Shown: piece after piece, positions 1 to 17,500 of the stretch
Layout: the number at the start of each line of letters is the position of its first letter
How positions within the stretch are numbered: the first letter of the stretch is position 1
From: the human T2T-CHM13v2.0 reference genome, Homo sapiens
NCBI GenBank assembly: GCA_009914755.4
Contig: CP086569.2
Span: forward strand, 3,712,001 to 3,776,000
Direction of reading: 5' to 3'
DNA length: 64,000 nt
Translations under genes and position numbers: made by a program
Notes under the pieces: model-generated
What the model was told of the DNA's origin: nothing
The model's database searches: none
Seen by the model: only the letters and a program-made list of their open reading frames with translations

Positions 1-2390
1 TATAAATATATAAAAATATTTTCATATAAATATATAAATATATAAATATTTTTATATATAAATATATATAAACATTTTTATACATAAAAATTGATAAAAT
101 ATAAAATTATATTTATATATAATATAAAATATATATTTTATTATGTATAGTATACAATAGATATATATTTTATTATATATTTTGTATATATAATATACAT
201 TATATTTTTATATATAATATATATTATATTTTATATATAATATACATTATATTTTTACATAGTATACATTATATTTTATATATAATATACATTATATTAT
301 ATATTATATACATATATAATATGTAATATATACATATATTATATATATTATATACATATACATAATATATATTATATACATATATTATATAATACATACA
401 TATATATTATACATTATATATATTATATATTATATACACAATATACATTATATATTATATACACAATATACATTATATATTATATACACAATATACATTA
501 TATATTATATACAATATACATTATATATTATATACAATATACATTATATATTATATACAATATACATTATATATTATATATAATATACATTATATATTGT
601 ATATAATATACATTATATAGTGTATACAATATACATTATATATTATATACAATATACATTATATATTATATATAATATACATTACATTTTATATATAATA
701 TACATTACATTTTATATATGATATACATTACATTTTTATATATAATGTACAGTACATTTTATATATAATATACATTACATTTTATATATAATATACACTA
801 CATTTTATATATATAATATACATTAAATTTTATATATATACTATACATTATATTCTATATACTATACATTATATTCTATATACTATACATTATGTTCTAT
901 ATAATATATAGTATTTTATATATATTATATTTAATATATTTTATATATATCATATTTAATATGTATTATATATAATATACATTATATTACATTATATATA
1001 ATATGTATGATGTATAATATGTTATATTTTATATATACTATATAATATGTTTTATATATAATATATAATATATATTATATTATGTTTTATATATAATATA
1101 TAGTATATATTATATTATGTTTTATATATAATATAAAATATATATTATATTATGTTTTATATATAATATAAAATATATATTATATTATATTTTATATATA
1201 ATATATATTATATGTTTTATACATATAATATATATTTTATATATATTACATTTTATATATATTATAATATATATTATATTTTATATAATATAAATTATAT
1301 TTTATATATATTATATACTATATTTTATATATAATATATTATATACTATATTTCATATATAATATATAATATACTATATTTCATATATAATATATAATGT
1401 AGTATATTTTATATATAATATATAGTATATTTTATATTTTATATACAATATATTATATTTTATATTTTATATACAATATATTATATTTTATATTTTATAT
1501 ACAATATATTATATTTTATATTTTATATACAATATTATATATTTTATATACAATATATTTTATATTATATATTTTAAATATAATATATTTCATATGATAT
1601 ATTTTATATGTAATATATTTCATATGATATATTTTATATATAATATATTTCATATGATATATTTTATATATAATATATTTCATATGATATATTTTATATG
1701 TAAAATATTTTATATGAGATAGTTTTTATGTAATATATTTTATATGATATATTTTATATGTAATATATTTTATATGATATATTTTATATATTATATATTT
1801 TATATTATATTTTATATATTATATATTTTATATTGTATTTTATATATTATATATTTTATATTATATTTTATATATTATATATTTTATATTATATTTTATA
1901 TATTTTATATGTTGTTTTGTATTTTATGTATAATATATTTTATATTATATTTTATATATAATATGTTTTATATTATATTTTATATATAATATGTTTTATA
2001 TTATATTTTATATATAATATGTTTTATATTATATTTTATATATAATATATTTTATATTTTATATAGTATATATTTTATTTTGTAATATATATTATATATT
2101 TTATTTTATACATAATATATATTATGTATTTTATTTTATATATAATATATATTATGTATCATATTTTATATTTATATACATTTATATATTATATACAAAA
2201 TATATATTATTTTTTATACATATAGCGTGTATATATATTATATACAAAGTATATAAAAATATATATTATATATATTTTGTATATAATTTATATATAAATA
2301 TATATTATATTATATATAAATACTATATAGAATATTATATAAATATATAAAATTATATAAATGTTATATATTTATATAAAATATATAAAA
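1..2390. repeat. Compound AT-rich minisatellite / low-complexity array (about 95% A+T). Sub-blocks have different 20-30 bp units, for example a 25-bp unit tatatacacaatatacattatatat near 420-600, a 29-30 bp unit tatatttcatatgatatattttatatataa near 1560-1790, and a unit tataatatgttttatattatattttata near 1940-2040. The array begins before the window start.
   Basis: Direct reading shows successive blocks of tandemly repeated TA-rich units with almost no G/C. ORF 1744..1989 is a translation of this repeat. Confidence 0.9.
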
Positions 2391-2391
2391 T

Positions 2392-2502
2392 TGTAGGACT
2401 TTGCCTTATGAGGGTGTGAGCCAAGTCTCCCTAATTATATATTTATGAAAGGAAGTTTATTAGGGAGACTTGGCTCACACCCTCACAAGGCAAAGTTCTA
2501 CA
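2392..2502. repeat. Near-perfect inverted repeat (hairpin or cruciform-capable): 44-bp arms with 2 mismatches, separated by a 22-bp AT-rich spacer.
   Basis: Arm 1 tgtaggactttgccttatgagggtgtgagccaagtctccctaat (2392-2435). Arm 2 attagggagacttggctcacaccctcacaaggcaaagttctaca (2458-2502) is its reverse complement except at 2 positions. Confidence 0.9.
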
Positions 2503-2960
2503 ATAGGCTGTCTGCAAGCTAGGGAAGAAGGCAGCCAGCAGTGGCTCAGTACAAGTCTGAAATCTTCAAAAGCAGGGAAGTTGACAGTGCAACCTTCGGT
2601 CTGTGGCCAAAGGCTTGAGAGCCACTGGCAAACCACTGTTGTAAGTCCAAGAGTCCAAAGGCCAAAGATATCGAAGACGTCTGATATCGAAGGGCAGGAG
2701 GAGTGGAAGGGATATCCAGCAATGGAGAAAGAGTCTCAGGAAGCAAGTTTATCCCATCTACCACCTGCTTTGTTTTTGCTGCCCTGGTAACAGATTGGAT
2801 GGTGGCCACCCAAATTGTGGGTGGGTCTTCCTCCCTCAGTTCACTGACTCAAATGTCAATCTCCTCTGGCAACATTCTCATAGACACACCCAGAAATAAT
2901 ACTTTATCAGCCATCTAGCCATCCTTTAATGCAATCAAGTTGACACCTAATATTAACCAT
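2458..2960 (+). mobile_element. MaLR-type LTR (MLT-like solo LTR). Its 3' part ends ...caagttgacacctaatattaaccattacag.
   Basis: The terminal region matches the remembered MLT consensus tail (...gtcaagttgacacataaaattaaccatcacag). A second related copy lies at 32190-32585. Confidence 0.5.
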
Positions 2961-5789
2961 TACAGAGCTTATGCCCAGGCAAAAGTGAGGCAGCATAAGA
3001 GAGAGAGAGAATTATCTGGCTGACTCCTCAGAGGGATTTGGAAAGAAAGTTTTAAAGGGGCTACAGTGGGAAAGGAGTGATATTTAGGCATATAGATGTG
3101 GGGATCTTTTAACACCTGCAGTTTGTTAGCATGCTTCTTCATGTATCGCATGTCTTATTAGCATGTTAAATCTCTAAACTTGGGTGTGATTTTTTAATTA
3201 AGGTAAGGTTAAGGATTAGTTATTTTACTGGCCTTATGCACAAGCAGGAAATAGAGTTAACTTCTGTTGCAGGAATCGGGAGACTGGATAGACCAATGGG
3301 TGGAACAGGAGGATTTTATTAGGTGGCCACTGACTCAGCAGATTAACATCCAAAGGCTGAGCCCCAGATAAAGACAGGGCTTGACTTTTATACACACTTC
3401 TGAAAGGGGGTTGGCTAGTTTGAATGGTGCAGCAGGAATTTGATGGCACAAAACCTGTGTGGCAGGCAAGCGGGCTTACAGAAGCAAAACAAAGGCAGTT
3501 AATTAAGTTGTGACAGGTCTCGCAACCCAAGCACAGCTTGTGACCTTGCAGCTGCACTGCAGGGAAAACAGGAACTTACAAAACTTGTAAAACACTGGTG
3601 TTTTTAGAAATAGTTATGAGAAAGGAATTTGTTATTTTCTTTTCTTATCCTCGCTCCGGGGAGGGGGTCTTGTTCAGAGTGTCTCTGGACCTCATTCCTT
3701 TGGGCTCTGGCTTTACAGATAGTGTTATCTAGGCTCTGCCAGGGCCCTGCCTATTGCTGGCCTTGGAGTGAGTCAGCCAAGCACAGGAAAACTTGTTTTT
3801 TCCCTTTTTAACTTCTGCTTCACTTCCTTGAGTAAAATTTATGGTGAGAGCTGCACATTGTAGTTTCCTCAAGGCCTTGCAATCAGTGAGTATGGCACTT
3901 TAAGCAATATTGATGACGCAAATGTTCCTGGATCCATGAGGTCTGGCTGCTTGTTCTCATAGTCCAATAACGGGATGCAGACAGATTGGGAAAGAAGATT
4001 TATTTCTGCAACTGGTTACAGGGAGAAGGTCGGAGTAACTAACCAGACCAACTCACAGTTGCAATTTATTTTAGCTTATATATATAATTGAAGCTTTTTG
4101 CTTGCCTGCAGGAGTGTTTCTTAATCAATCTAATCTTAACTAGGGGTCTGCAAGTAGGAAAGTTTATTAGATTTCTTCCTGAATGGACGAGTTTAAGAAA
4201 ATCCAGGTAGGATTTTAATGAGTTTGTTTTACATTCTACCCCTTGTACTTGCATTAGTTGCTCCAGTTCTTTAATGTTTAACTTATATATTCATCAGAAT
4301 TACAGTAAAGTATTTGTAAAAACTGGCTGCTGTGTCTGCTAATGGAAATCTGGCGTGGCACACAAGGTCCGGGTGGTCTGGTTGGGATCCCTGCCTCCCA
4401 AAGGGCCCCCCTATCAGCTTTCAGTAGAAGTCCTTGGTGGGGCACAAGGGTGGCAAGTGCCAAGTTCCATAGCTAATCTCTCTCAATGGAAAGAATTAAC
4501 AGAAATGTTTTACTGCCCCTTGCTCTGCTATGTATGTCTGTGTACATGAGTATGCATTGGAAAGCAATATGTTTCAGGAAAGTAGAGTGGAAATTACAAG
4601 GTACAGATTCTATTGCTGCATCTACCAGTGTGCTATGTGATCTTGAGCAATCATTTATTCCTTCTGACTTAGTAATAAGCCGTTAGCAAAATAGCCATGA
4701 TAATTATCTTCAGTTCCTATCTGAATTATTATGACAATTAAATGTACTAACCGATATAAATATATTTGCTAATTTGTCACATTTGTTACATTATTAGTAA
4801 AATGTGTAGAGTATACACATTTTTATATTTTTTAAAGAAATAACTGGTTAAAGAAACAAAAAGTGATTAAATTGATAGCAATTTTTAGTATTTTATATTA
4901 CTTTAATGTTTATTGACAAAGGCTACTTTTATATCAAAATAATATTTTTTAATATCAAGTATAAACTAGTTTTAAGTGCAGTGTGTCTATCCAAAAAGTC
5001 ATTGCAATACACAGCATATCAAATTAAATTATTTTAAGCAATCTTCACTGAAAAATCTCTGTTTTCTCTCATCTCTCTGCCACCTTTAACTGCAAATTTG
5101 AAATACTCATTAATACAGCAAAGTGTTTAAGAGCAGGGACTCTCAAGTTTAAATCTTAGATCTGCAATTTACTAATCATGCAGCCTTTAGCAATTTTTAT
5201 ACCTTATATTTACTGCTAATTTTAAAAATGAGTATAATAATAGTATCAACCTCACTGGATTATTGTGAATATTAATTTATAAATTTTAAAGAAAGCATTT
5301 ATAATTTTGCCTAGAACATATTGATAGCTCCATAAATGTTAACTATTTTACCATCACACTTTACCTTGCCTAAAATTCCTTTCTATGGTCAAGTAAAACC
5401 CTTCAAAAATATTAAATTCTATTTATCCTCAATTTCCAACATTTTGCTGTTCATAATGCTTCACTGAAATGCTAAGGAACTTTCAATAGACTAGTACAAT
5501 CTTTTACACTCACAATACTTTCATCCTTTGTCATGCTCGAGAAAAAATATGTAACTCAACAGGAAAGTGGTCTAAAGATCCTAAGGTAAAGAATAAATAA
5601 AAAGCAAAGGCTGTGAGTAACTCTAGCATCTACCACTAAAAGAAGATGCTTTTAATATTTGGTCACAAGAAAAACTTGTCTTCTACAGTAATAAATTTGA
5701 ATAAGAAAGCATGATGCTATATTTACTACTGATAACCATTTTTGACCATATGAGGAACCAACCTTGGGGAAGATGGAAAGTGAATTGTC

Positions 5790-6010
5790 TCTGGAGCTGG
5801 ACTTTGTGGGTTTGATTACTATGCTGCTGTGTGACTTTGGCAGATTATATAGCTTCTCTGAACTTCAGTAGTTTTTGTTATACAATGTAAGGATAATAAT
5901 GGTAGTTACATTGCAGTGAAAAAGAACAACATGTGTAAATAAATGTAATTTAGTAAAGTGCCCAACTCGTACTAAATACTAGTTACTATTAACATTATTA
6001 TTAGAATAAA
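5790..6010 (+). mobile_element. MIR (ancient tRNA-derived SINE) core and 3' region
   Basis: tgtgactttggcag...ctctgaacttcagt...taaggataataatggtagttaca...aaagtgcccaactcgtactaaatactagttactattaacattattatt parallels the MIR consensus ...tgtgaccttgggcaagttacttaacctctctgagcctcagtttcc...ataataatagtacctac...cacatagtaagcgctcaataaatgttagctattattatt. Confidence 0.7.
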
Positions 6011-7419
6011 GCCAATTCTATAGAAAGTAGTGGAGAAACAGAAAGAACCTGAGCTCTAGATGACAATATCAAATCACTGACTCAATTAAATTGAAAACTA
6101 CACACCGTCTGTACTCCTTGTCATGTGATATAGTAAATTACTTTATTCTTCAAGTTAATTGAAGTGAAGGGTTTTACAAATCACAGCTGACAGGTATGTG
6201 TGTGTATACAGATATATATCCCTTTTAAATTTAAATGAGAATGTTTAAAAATATGTTTCACATCTTTTTTATCTTTTTAACATAATAATGTATCTTTAAT
6301 TTCTTTTTGATCATTACAGCTATATTTACCCCATTCTCTTTAACAGTCACATACCATTCCATTGTATGGTAATACCAAAATGTATATGTATTAGTTTTCT
6401 ATTGTGTAAAAAAATCTCAGAAATTCAGCAGCTTAAAACAACACACATTTATTGTCTTAAATTTTCTGTAGATCAGAATTTCAGATACGGATTAGTCAAT
6501 TCTTTCCCACAAGCCCTAAAAAAAAGCTAAAATCAAGGTACCAGTCAAGTCTGCGATCTCACCTGGAACTTGAGATTCTCTTCCAAGCTTGGAGTTTTGT
6601 GTTTTTTTGTTAAGATGGCAGTCATTCTGGTATTTTTAAAAAAGTAACAAAAGCAGTATATAAACTATAGAAAAATCTATATACAGTTGGAAACACTTTT
6701 TGAAGTAAGAAAAGTAAAACATTATATTCCCACAACCCAGAGATCACAAATAATAATACTTTAGTGGGTATCTGCTTATCTATTGACATATATATTTCCT
6801 TTTATACATATCTATGCATTTTTAATCAAAATGTAATCACACTGTTTATATTGCTTTGTAACATGCTACAATATTTCCCCCCTCATTAACACTCTCTGTC
6901 TTCCCAGAGCAATAAAATGTAATCTCCTCTGGTACCCATTCTTGCTTCAAATCCTTAGTCCACTCAAAAATGAACCTCCATATGTGTTTAGCTATTTGGA
7001 AGCTCTCCATACCTCATTCTTTTAGGCCTTTATGGGGACTTCATTGGAAAGGCATGATTAAAGCATAAACAACTGTGTAGAAATGTGATTGGACAAAAAG
7101 GGTATAATCTAATACTAACAGGCTGAGTGGGAAGAAGTCACAATATCTGTCTATTCTGATTCCTCTTGTCCTCTCTGTGCATCGTTTTTTCATCTAGGGT
7201 TTGGGACAAGACCTCTTCTGAAATGAGAGTCATATGACTTACAATTAGACAAGGTGGGCTGGAGAATTTCTTTATGCCCACCTCCAAGACAGAAAGGCAG
7301 AGGAAAATTTCTGCCTTGGGAAGAAAAAGTAGCAGATGAAAAAAGGGCAGGATAAGAACAAAAAGAAAGAGATTCTGTTTTCTGAGGCCTGCTTGTGAGG
7401 GCTAAAGCAATACAACAAT

Positions 7420-9839
<2,420 letters not shown>

Positions 9840-9840
<1 letters not shown>

Positions 9841-10500
9841 GTAGTGAAACCGTACGGGTCTGCAGCAACCTCAATTCTTGCCTCCTCAGAAGAAAGAATT
9901 CAACTGAGAGGCATAAGTCAGAAGGAGAGACTGAGGCAAGTTTTAGAGCAGGAGTGAAAGTTTAATAAAAAGTTCTAGAGAAGGAAAAAAAGGAAGCAAA
10001 GTGCACTTGGAAGAGGGCCAAGTGGGTGACTTGAAGGACATATGCCCTGTTTGGCCTTGGACTTAGGGTTTTATATGCTGGCCTATTTTAGGAATCTTGT
10101 GTCCCTTTTCCCTGGATTCTTCCCTTGGGGCGGGCTGCCCACATGCACAGCGTGTTTATTGGAGTTGTACACATGTTCACTTGAGGCATTCTTCCCATTG
10201 CTAGTGGAATGCCCCCAGAAGGTTATATACCAGTTAAACTCCACCATTTTGCCTCTTAATGTGCATGCTTGACCTCTCTCACCTAACTCCTGAGATCTTA
10301 CTGGGAAGCTGTTGATTATAGTTACAGGTGTTTTTACCTATTGGGAAAATGCCTTTCCCTTCTGCTGGCTGCAACCAATTATTATTTTAGAGAGGCAGTT
10401 AACAACTGCCTGACCATCACCTAATGGTTACCTGACTTTGCTAGTGGGGTGTCTGGGGAGGCTCTCTCCTGTTCTGCTCATGCCTGACTAGCTATCTACT
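9840..10500. mobile_element. Unclassified LTR-like interspersed repeat. It shares an ...agtttaa[ct]aa..agaa..aaag... motif with 19370-19460.
   Basis: Partial similarity between 9850-9990 and 19370-19460. In reverse complement, 19370-19460 contains gtgagaccacgagc, reminiscent of ERV1 MER4-type LTRs. Confidence 0.25.
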
Positions 10501-11659
10501 GTAATATGTGGTGTTCAGTCATTTTTATAGGCTGCTCAAATTGTTTTGCTAGCATATTGTTGAGGATTTTGTGTCTTTATTCATAAAGTATATTTTCTTA
10601 TGACTTCCTGGTTTTGTTGTCAAGGAATGTAATACTAGCCACATAGAATAATTCATCTCAAAATATTTTCTAGTTCTGTTGTATTTTCATTGACTCATTG
10701 GTTATTTGGTAGTGTGCTGTTTATTTTTCACAAATTGGTGAATTTACATTTTTCTTTTTTTTAAAAAAATCTACCTTCATTCCATTTTCAATGAAGAATA
10801 CACTTCATATTATTTAAATCTGTATGCCTCTTGGAACATGTCTTCAACACTCAAGCAATGACAATTCTGCTTCAGTCTTTACTTCCTGTTTATGCAGAGC
10901 CTCAGGATCTATCAGAGTTGACAGCTTAAAGCCTTCTCAGGTCACTTCTGAGCATGTGTACTGACCTGGGTATTTATATAGCTTTCTATGTATGTGCCCT
11001 TCTAGCTTCCCAGAAATATGTCAGAACTTCCCAAAATACTTACAGACACCTTATTCTGCAACTTTTAATTTTAAGCTTTTGGTTAGTGTACTTGATTCAA
11101 TTTTTATCTAGTACCTCAGGCGTCCATGAAATTAAACAATTGCCTGCAATAATTGTTAACAAATGCTCCCAGGAAGGAGACTGCTCAAGTTGGGCAAGCT
11201 CTAAGTTAGGTCAAATGCACACAATATTCTTAGTGAGGTCTTCCATGGAACTAAGACAGAGACCAACTAATGACTATCCTCTGGGAATGGGGTTTTGCAG
11301 AAGCTTCAGTGTCATTTTTATTTTTTGGTTTCTGCCTGGCTACTGGTCTTCATTGGAAATATGGGCTGTTAGTTTTCAGTTAAACTGCAGAGCTAGAGAG
11401 CAGGAGATTGGACCAAGGCAAGTTAAAACACCACAAAGATCAATATTATTAAATTTTTTTTTAATAGAACATCTGAGGATTTTTTTTTGTAATTTCTATC
11501 ATTCTGAAAAACTTGGTTCTGACAATAGTTGCCAGTTTTCTATTTGTTTTTAAGAAGAAAAGACATTTTGGAGGTTCTTACCATTTCTACTGAGTTATTT
11601 TCATTGATTGTTGGAAAAATTTAATTTTCTGTACTCATATCACTAATATTTCCACTTTC

Positions 11660-11813
11660 TTTTTTCTTTCTTTTTCTTTTTTTTTTTTTTAGACAGTCTT
11701 GGTCTGTCACCCAGGCTAGAGTACAGTGGTATGATCTCAGGGGACTGCAACCTCCACCTCCCAGACTCAAGTGATCCTCCCACCTCATCCTCCCAAAGCG
11801 TTGAAATTACAGG
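11660..11813 (-). mobile_element. Alu fragment (3' half of right arm plus tail), 5'-truncated
   Basis: Poly-T 11677-11690 followed by agacagtcttggtctgtcacccaggctagagtacagtggtatgatctcagg...cctcccaaagcgttgaaattacagg. Confidence 0.85.
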
Positions 11814-12419
11814 AAAGATCCGTGGTGCCTTGCCTTCCATTGTTTTACTGGATACTAAACAGAAACAATTCTAGGGACCTAGCCACTTTTTGCCACATCA
11901 TCCTCTCCACATCCTGAGCATTTGCACATTTAAGATAAACAAGTATCCCTCTTGTGCTTTGACACTCTTCTTTTTCAAAAAGACACAGTCCTTTTTAAGG
12001 GCTTGATTGATTAGGTGAGGCCCACCAGGATAATCTTTATTTTGATTAATTCCTACTCAACTAATTAGGAACCTAATAATAGGGTTGATATTTAATTGTA
12101 TTCACAGATTTCATATGTATTCAAAAGGAAGGAATTATATAAAGGATCATGAAGTGAGAATGTAGTGGAAATGCACATTAGAATCCTGCTTACCCCAGTA
12201 TTTAATAATAGTGATTAAAGTGTTTATATTATAATATATAATAAATAATAATTTATAGAAATTAATATATTATTTATTTACTTAATAAACATTCCTAGAT
12301 GTGAAATGGCCGCATCAACAAAGATGTATATTCTAATTTGGGGAGATATTGCCAAAATGCTCTGAAAAGTGGTTTTACTTGGTTAATTTCATGTTGTTAA
12401 TACAGAATACCACATGCTT

Positions 12420-12690
12420 ATTTACAAATAAATTTATTTCACACAGTTCTGGAAGCTAAGTCTAATATCAAAGTGATTGCATCTGGTGAGGGCCTTCTTC
12501 CAAAGTCATCCCACAGCAGAAGTTGAGAGGGTGACAGAGGAAGAGAGACAGAAAGATTGAACTCACATCCTCAAGCCCTTTTATCATCAGCATTAATTTA
12601 TTTATGAGAGTGTAGCCTTCATGGCCTAATTATCTCTCAAAGGTCTCACCTTTTAATATATTGTTGCATTGAAGATTAAATTAAAAGATG
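12420..12690 (+). mobile_element. MaLR LTR fragment (MLT/MST-like)
   Basis: aaatttatttcacacagttctggaagctaagtc...tctggtgagggccttcttcc...atcctcaagccc...ggcctaattatctctcaaaggtctcacc parallels MaLR consensus motifs (cacagttctggaggctgggaagtccaagatcaaggtgc... ctcatgacctaatcacctcccaaaggcccc). Confidence 0.6.
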
Positions 12691-12925
12691 TTTTAATTAA
12701 AAAATTAAACCATAATTAAACCATAATTAAATAAAATTAAACCATATAATGCTTGATCCAATTAATAATATTATCACAAATAATAATTGTAGCTCACCTT
12801 AATTGAGTGCTTATTTTGTGCCAGGCAGGTTCCTAAAAGCTTTACAGATTTTCTCATGCTTAATGTTTCAAATCTTAAAGTTTTAGTATGAGAGTAAGTG
12901 AGAATCTAATTTTAACTTTTGCATG

Positions 12926-13800
12926 TGATATGGTTAGGCTTTATGTCCCCACCCAAATCTCATTTTGAATTATAATCCTGCCAAGACCAGCTTAGCCATT
13001 GAGATCCTAACCCAGCAGTGCTAGAGGAATTAAAGACACACACAGAGAAATATAGAGTGTGGAGTGGGAATCAGGGGGCTGACAGCCTTCAGAGCTGAGA
13101 GCCACGAGCAGTTTTACCCACATATTTATTGACAGCAAGTGAGTGATAAGCATTGTTTCTATACATTATAGATTAATTAAAATGGGAAAGAAGGGGATGG
13201 GCTCTGGCTAGTTATCTGCAGCAGGAACATGTCCTTAAGGCACAGATCACTCATGCTATTGTTTGTGGTTCAGGAATGCCCTTAGCAGTTTTCCACCCTG
13301 GGTGGGCCAGGTGTTCCTTGCCCTCATTCTGGTAAACCAACAACCTTCAGCGTGAACATCATAGCCATCATGAGCATGTCACAGTGCTGCAGAGATTTTG
13401 TTTATGGCCAGTTTTAGGGCCTGTCTATGGCCAGATTTGGGGGCCTGTTCCCAACATAATCCCCATAATCCCCACGTATCAAGGGAGAGACCAGGCAGAG
13501 GTAAATGAATCATGGGGGTGATTTCCCCCATGCTGTTCTCATGATAGTGAGTGAGTTCTCACAAGATTTGAGCTAATGGTTTTCTAAGTGTTTGGTAGTT
13601 TCTCCTGCATTCATTCTCCCTCTGGCCACATTTTGAAGAAAGTGTCTTGCTTCCCCTTCGCCTTCTGCCATGATTGTTAAGTTCCCTGAGGCTTCCTCAG
13701 CCATGTGGAACTGTGAGTCAATTAAACCTCTTTCCTTTATAAATTGCCCTGTCTCTGGCAGTTCTTTATAGCAGTGCGAGAATGGACTAACACAATATGT
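12926..13800 (+). mobile_element. THE1-type MaLR LTR carrying an internal insertion or rearrangement of about 480 bp (12960-13450)
   Basis: The start tgatatggttaggctttatgtccccacccaaatctcattttgaattat and the 3' part ...aatcatgggggtgatttccccc...gccatgattgttaagttccctgaggcttcctcagccatgtggaactgtgagtcaattaaacctctttcctttataaattgccctgtctctggcagttctttatagcagtgcgagaatggactaacacaa match the remembered THE1 consensus. Confidence 0.65.
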
Positions 13801-14103
13801 CATTCATTTCTTTCTATTACTTTTCCTGTCAGTGACGTGTTCTTTCTTGAGAATAAACAATGAGAGGAAAGTTGACCTCATTTTTAATGAAAAGAAAAAT
13901 TTTCTGCTCATTTTCTAGATAAAAGAACAAATTGTTATTGAATAAACAGAGAAAATATGATAAATCCTCCAAAATAGCATTGAAATTCCTTTCTACCCAC
14001 AGAAAGAAAAGCTCAAGAGCAATGCAATTTTATCATGTCATACAATATCAGGTGTGCTGCATGTCTACACAGAAAGTAGGACATAGCAATATCTGAAAGT
14101 GAA

Positions 14104-14439
<336 letters not shown>

Positions 14440-14899
14440 TAAATTTTTGTAGAGTATATTAAATATAGTTTTCTGCTCTAGATATATTTATCAAAGCTGT
14501 GCCAAGTGTTCCCAGATTGTGCTTATTTCCTTAAAATATTGACTTTCTACCATGACGTAGAAAATATTTATTAAGTCAACAGCTTTATTATACTTGAAGT
14601 ATTATTGTTTTGTACATCAAAATTATGTTTTTCTCAGTTCTAAGTAGGATTAATTTCATAAAGTGATTTAAATACTAAACCTCAGTGGGATTTATATATT
14701 ATTCAAATAGAACTGACTTTAATTCTCGTGACTCTTTATATCTTTTAATATGTGTATTTTATTAGTTAAAAATCCATTACGTCATTAAGGTACAACAAAA
14801 TAACAGCAGACGTAAGATAGCTATTTAAAAGCTATTAAAGCTTTATAAGCTCATTGTATATTAAAGAAAGACGTATATTAAAAAAAAAGCCATCTAGAC

Positions 14900-17500
<2,601 letters not shown>

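Noticed and set aside
1-2390. Possible CRISPR-like array (regular short repeats)
   Set aside because: The repeats are contiguous AT-only tandem units with no unique spacers, in a primate genomic context. This is a minisatellite, not a repeat-spacer array.
2470-2918. Overlapping ORFs 2470..2790, 2546..2809 and 2703..2918
   Set aside because: All three sit inside the MaLR LTR-like element (2458-2960) in three different frames. These are typical non-coding LTR sequence.
3234-3557. 107-aa minus-strand ORF
   Set aside because: It sits in unclassified repeat-like sequence following the LTR, with no start context or domain signal. A short chance ORF of this size is expected by chance at this frequency in 64 kb.
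10954-11553. Longest plus-strand ORF in the track (199 aa)
   Set aside because: The translation is low-complexity and hydrophobic (rich in L, F, S, I) with no recognisable domain. It lies in AT-rich sequence that reads like degraded L1 antisense and has no plausible exon boundaries or conservation signal. It is most likely a chance ORF.
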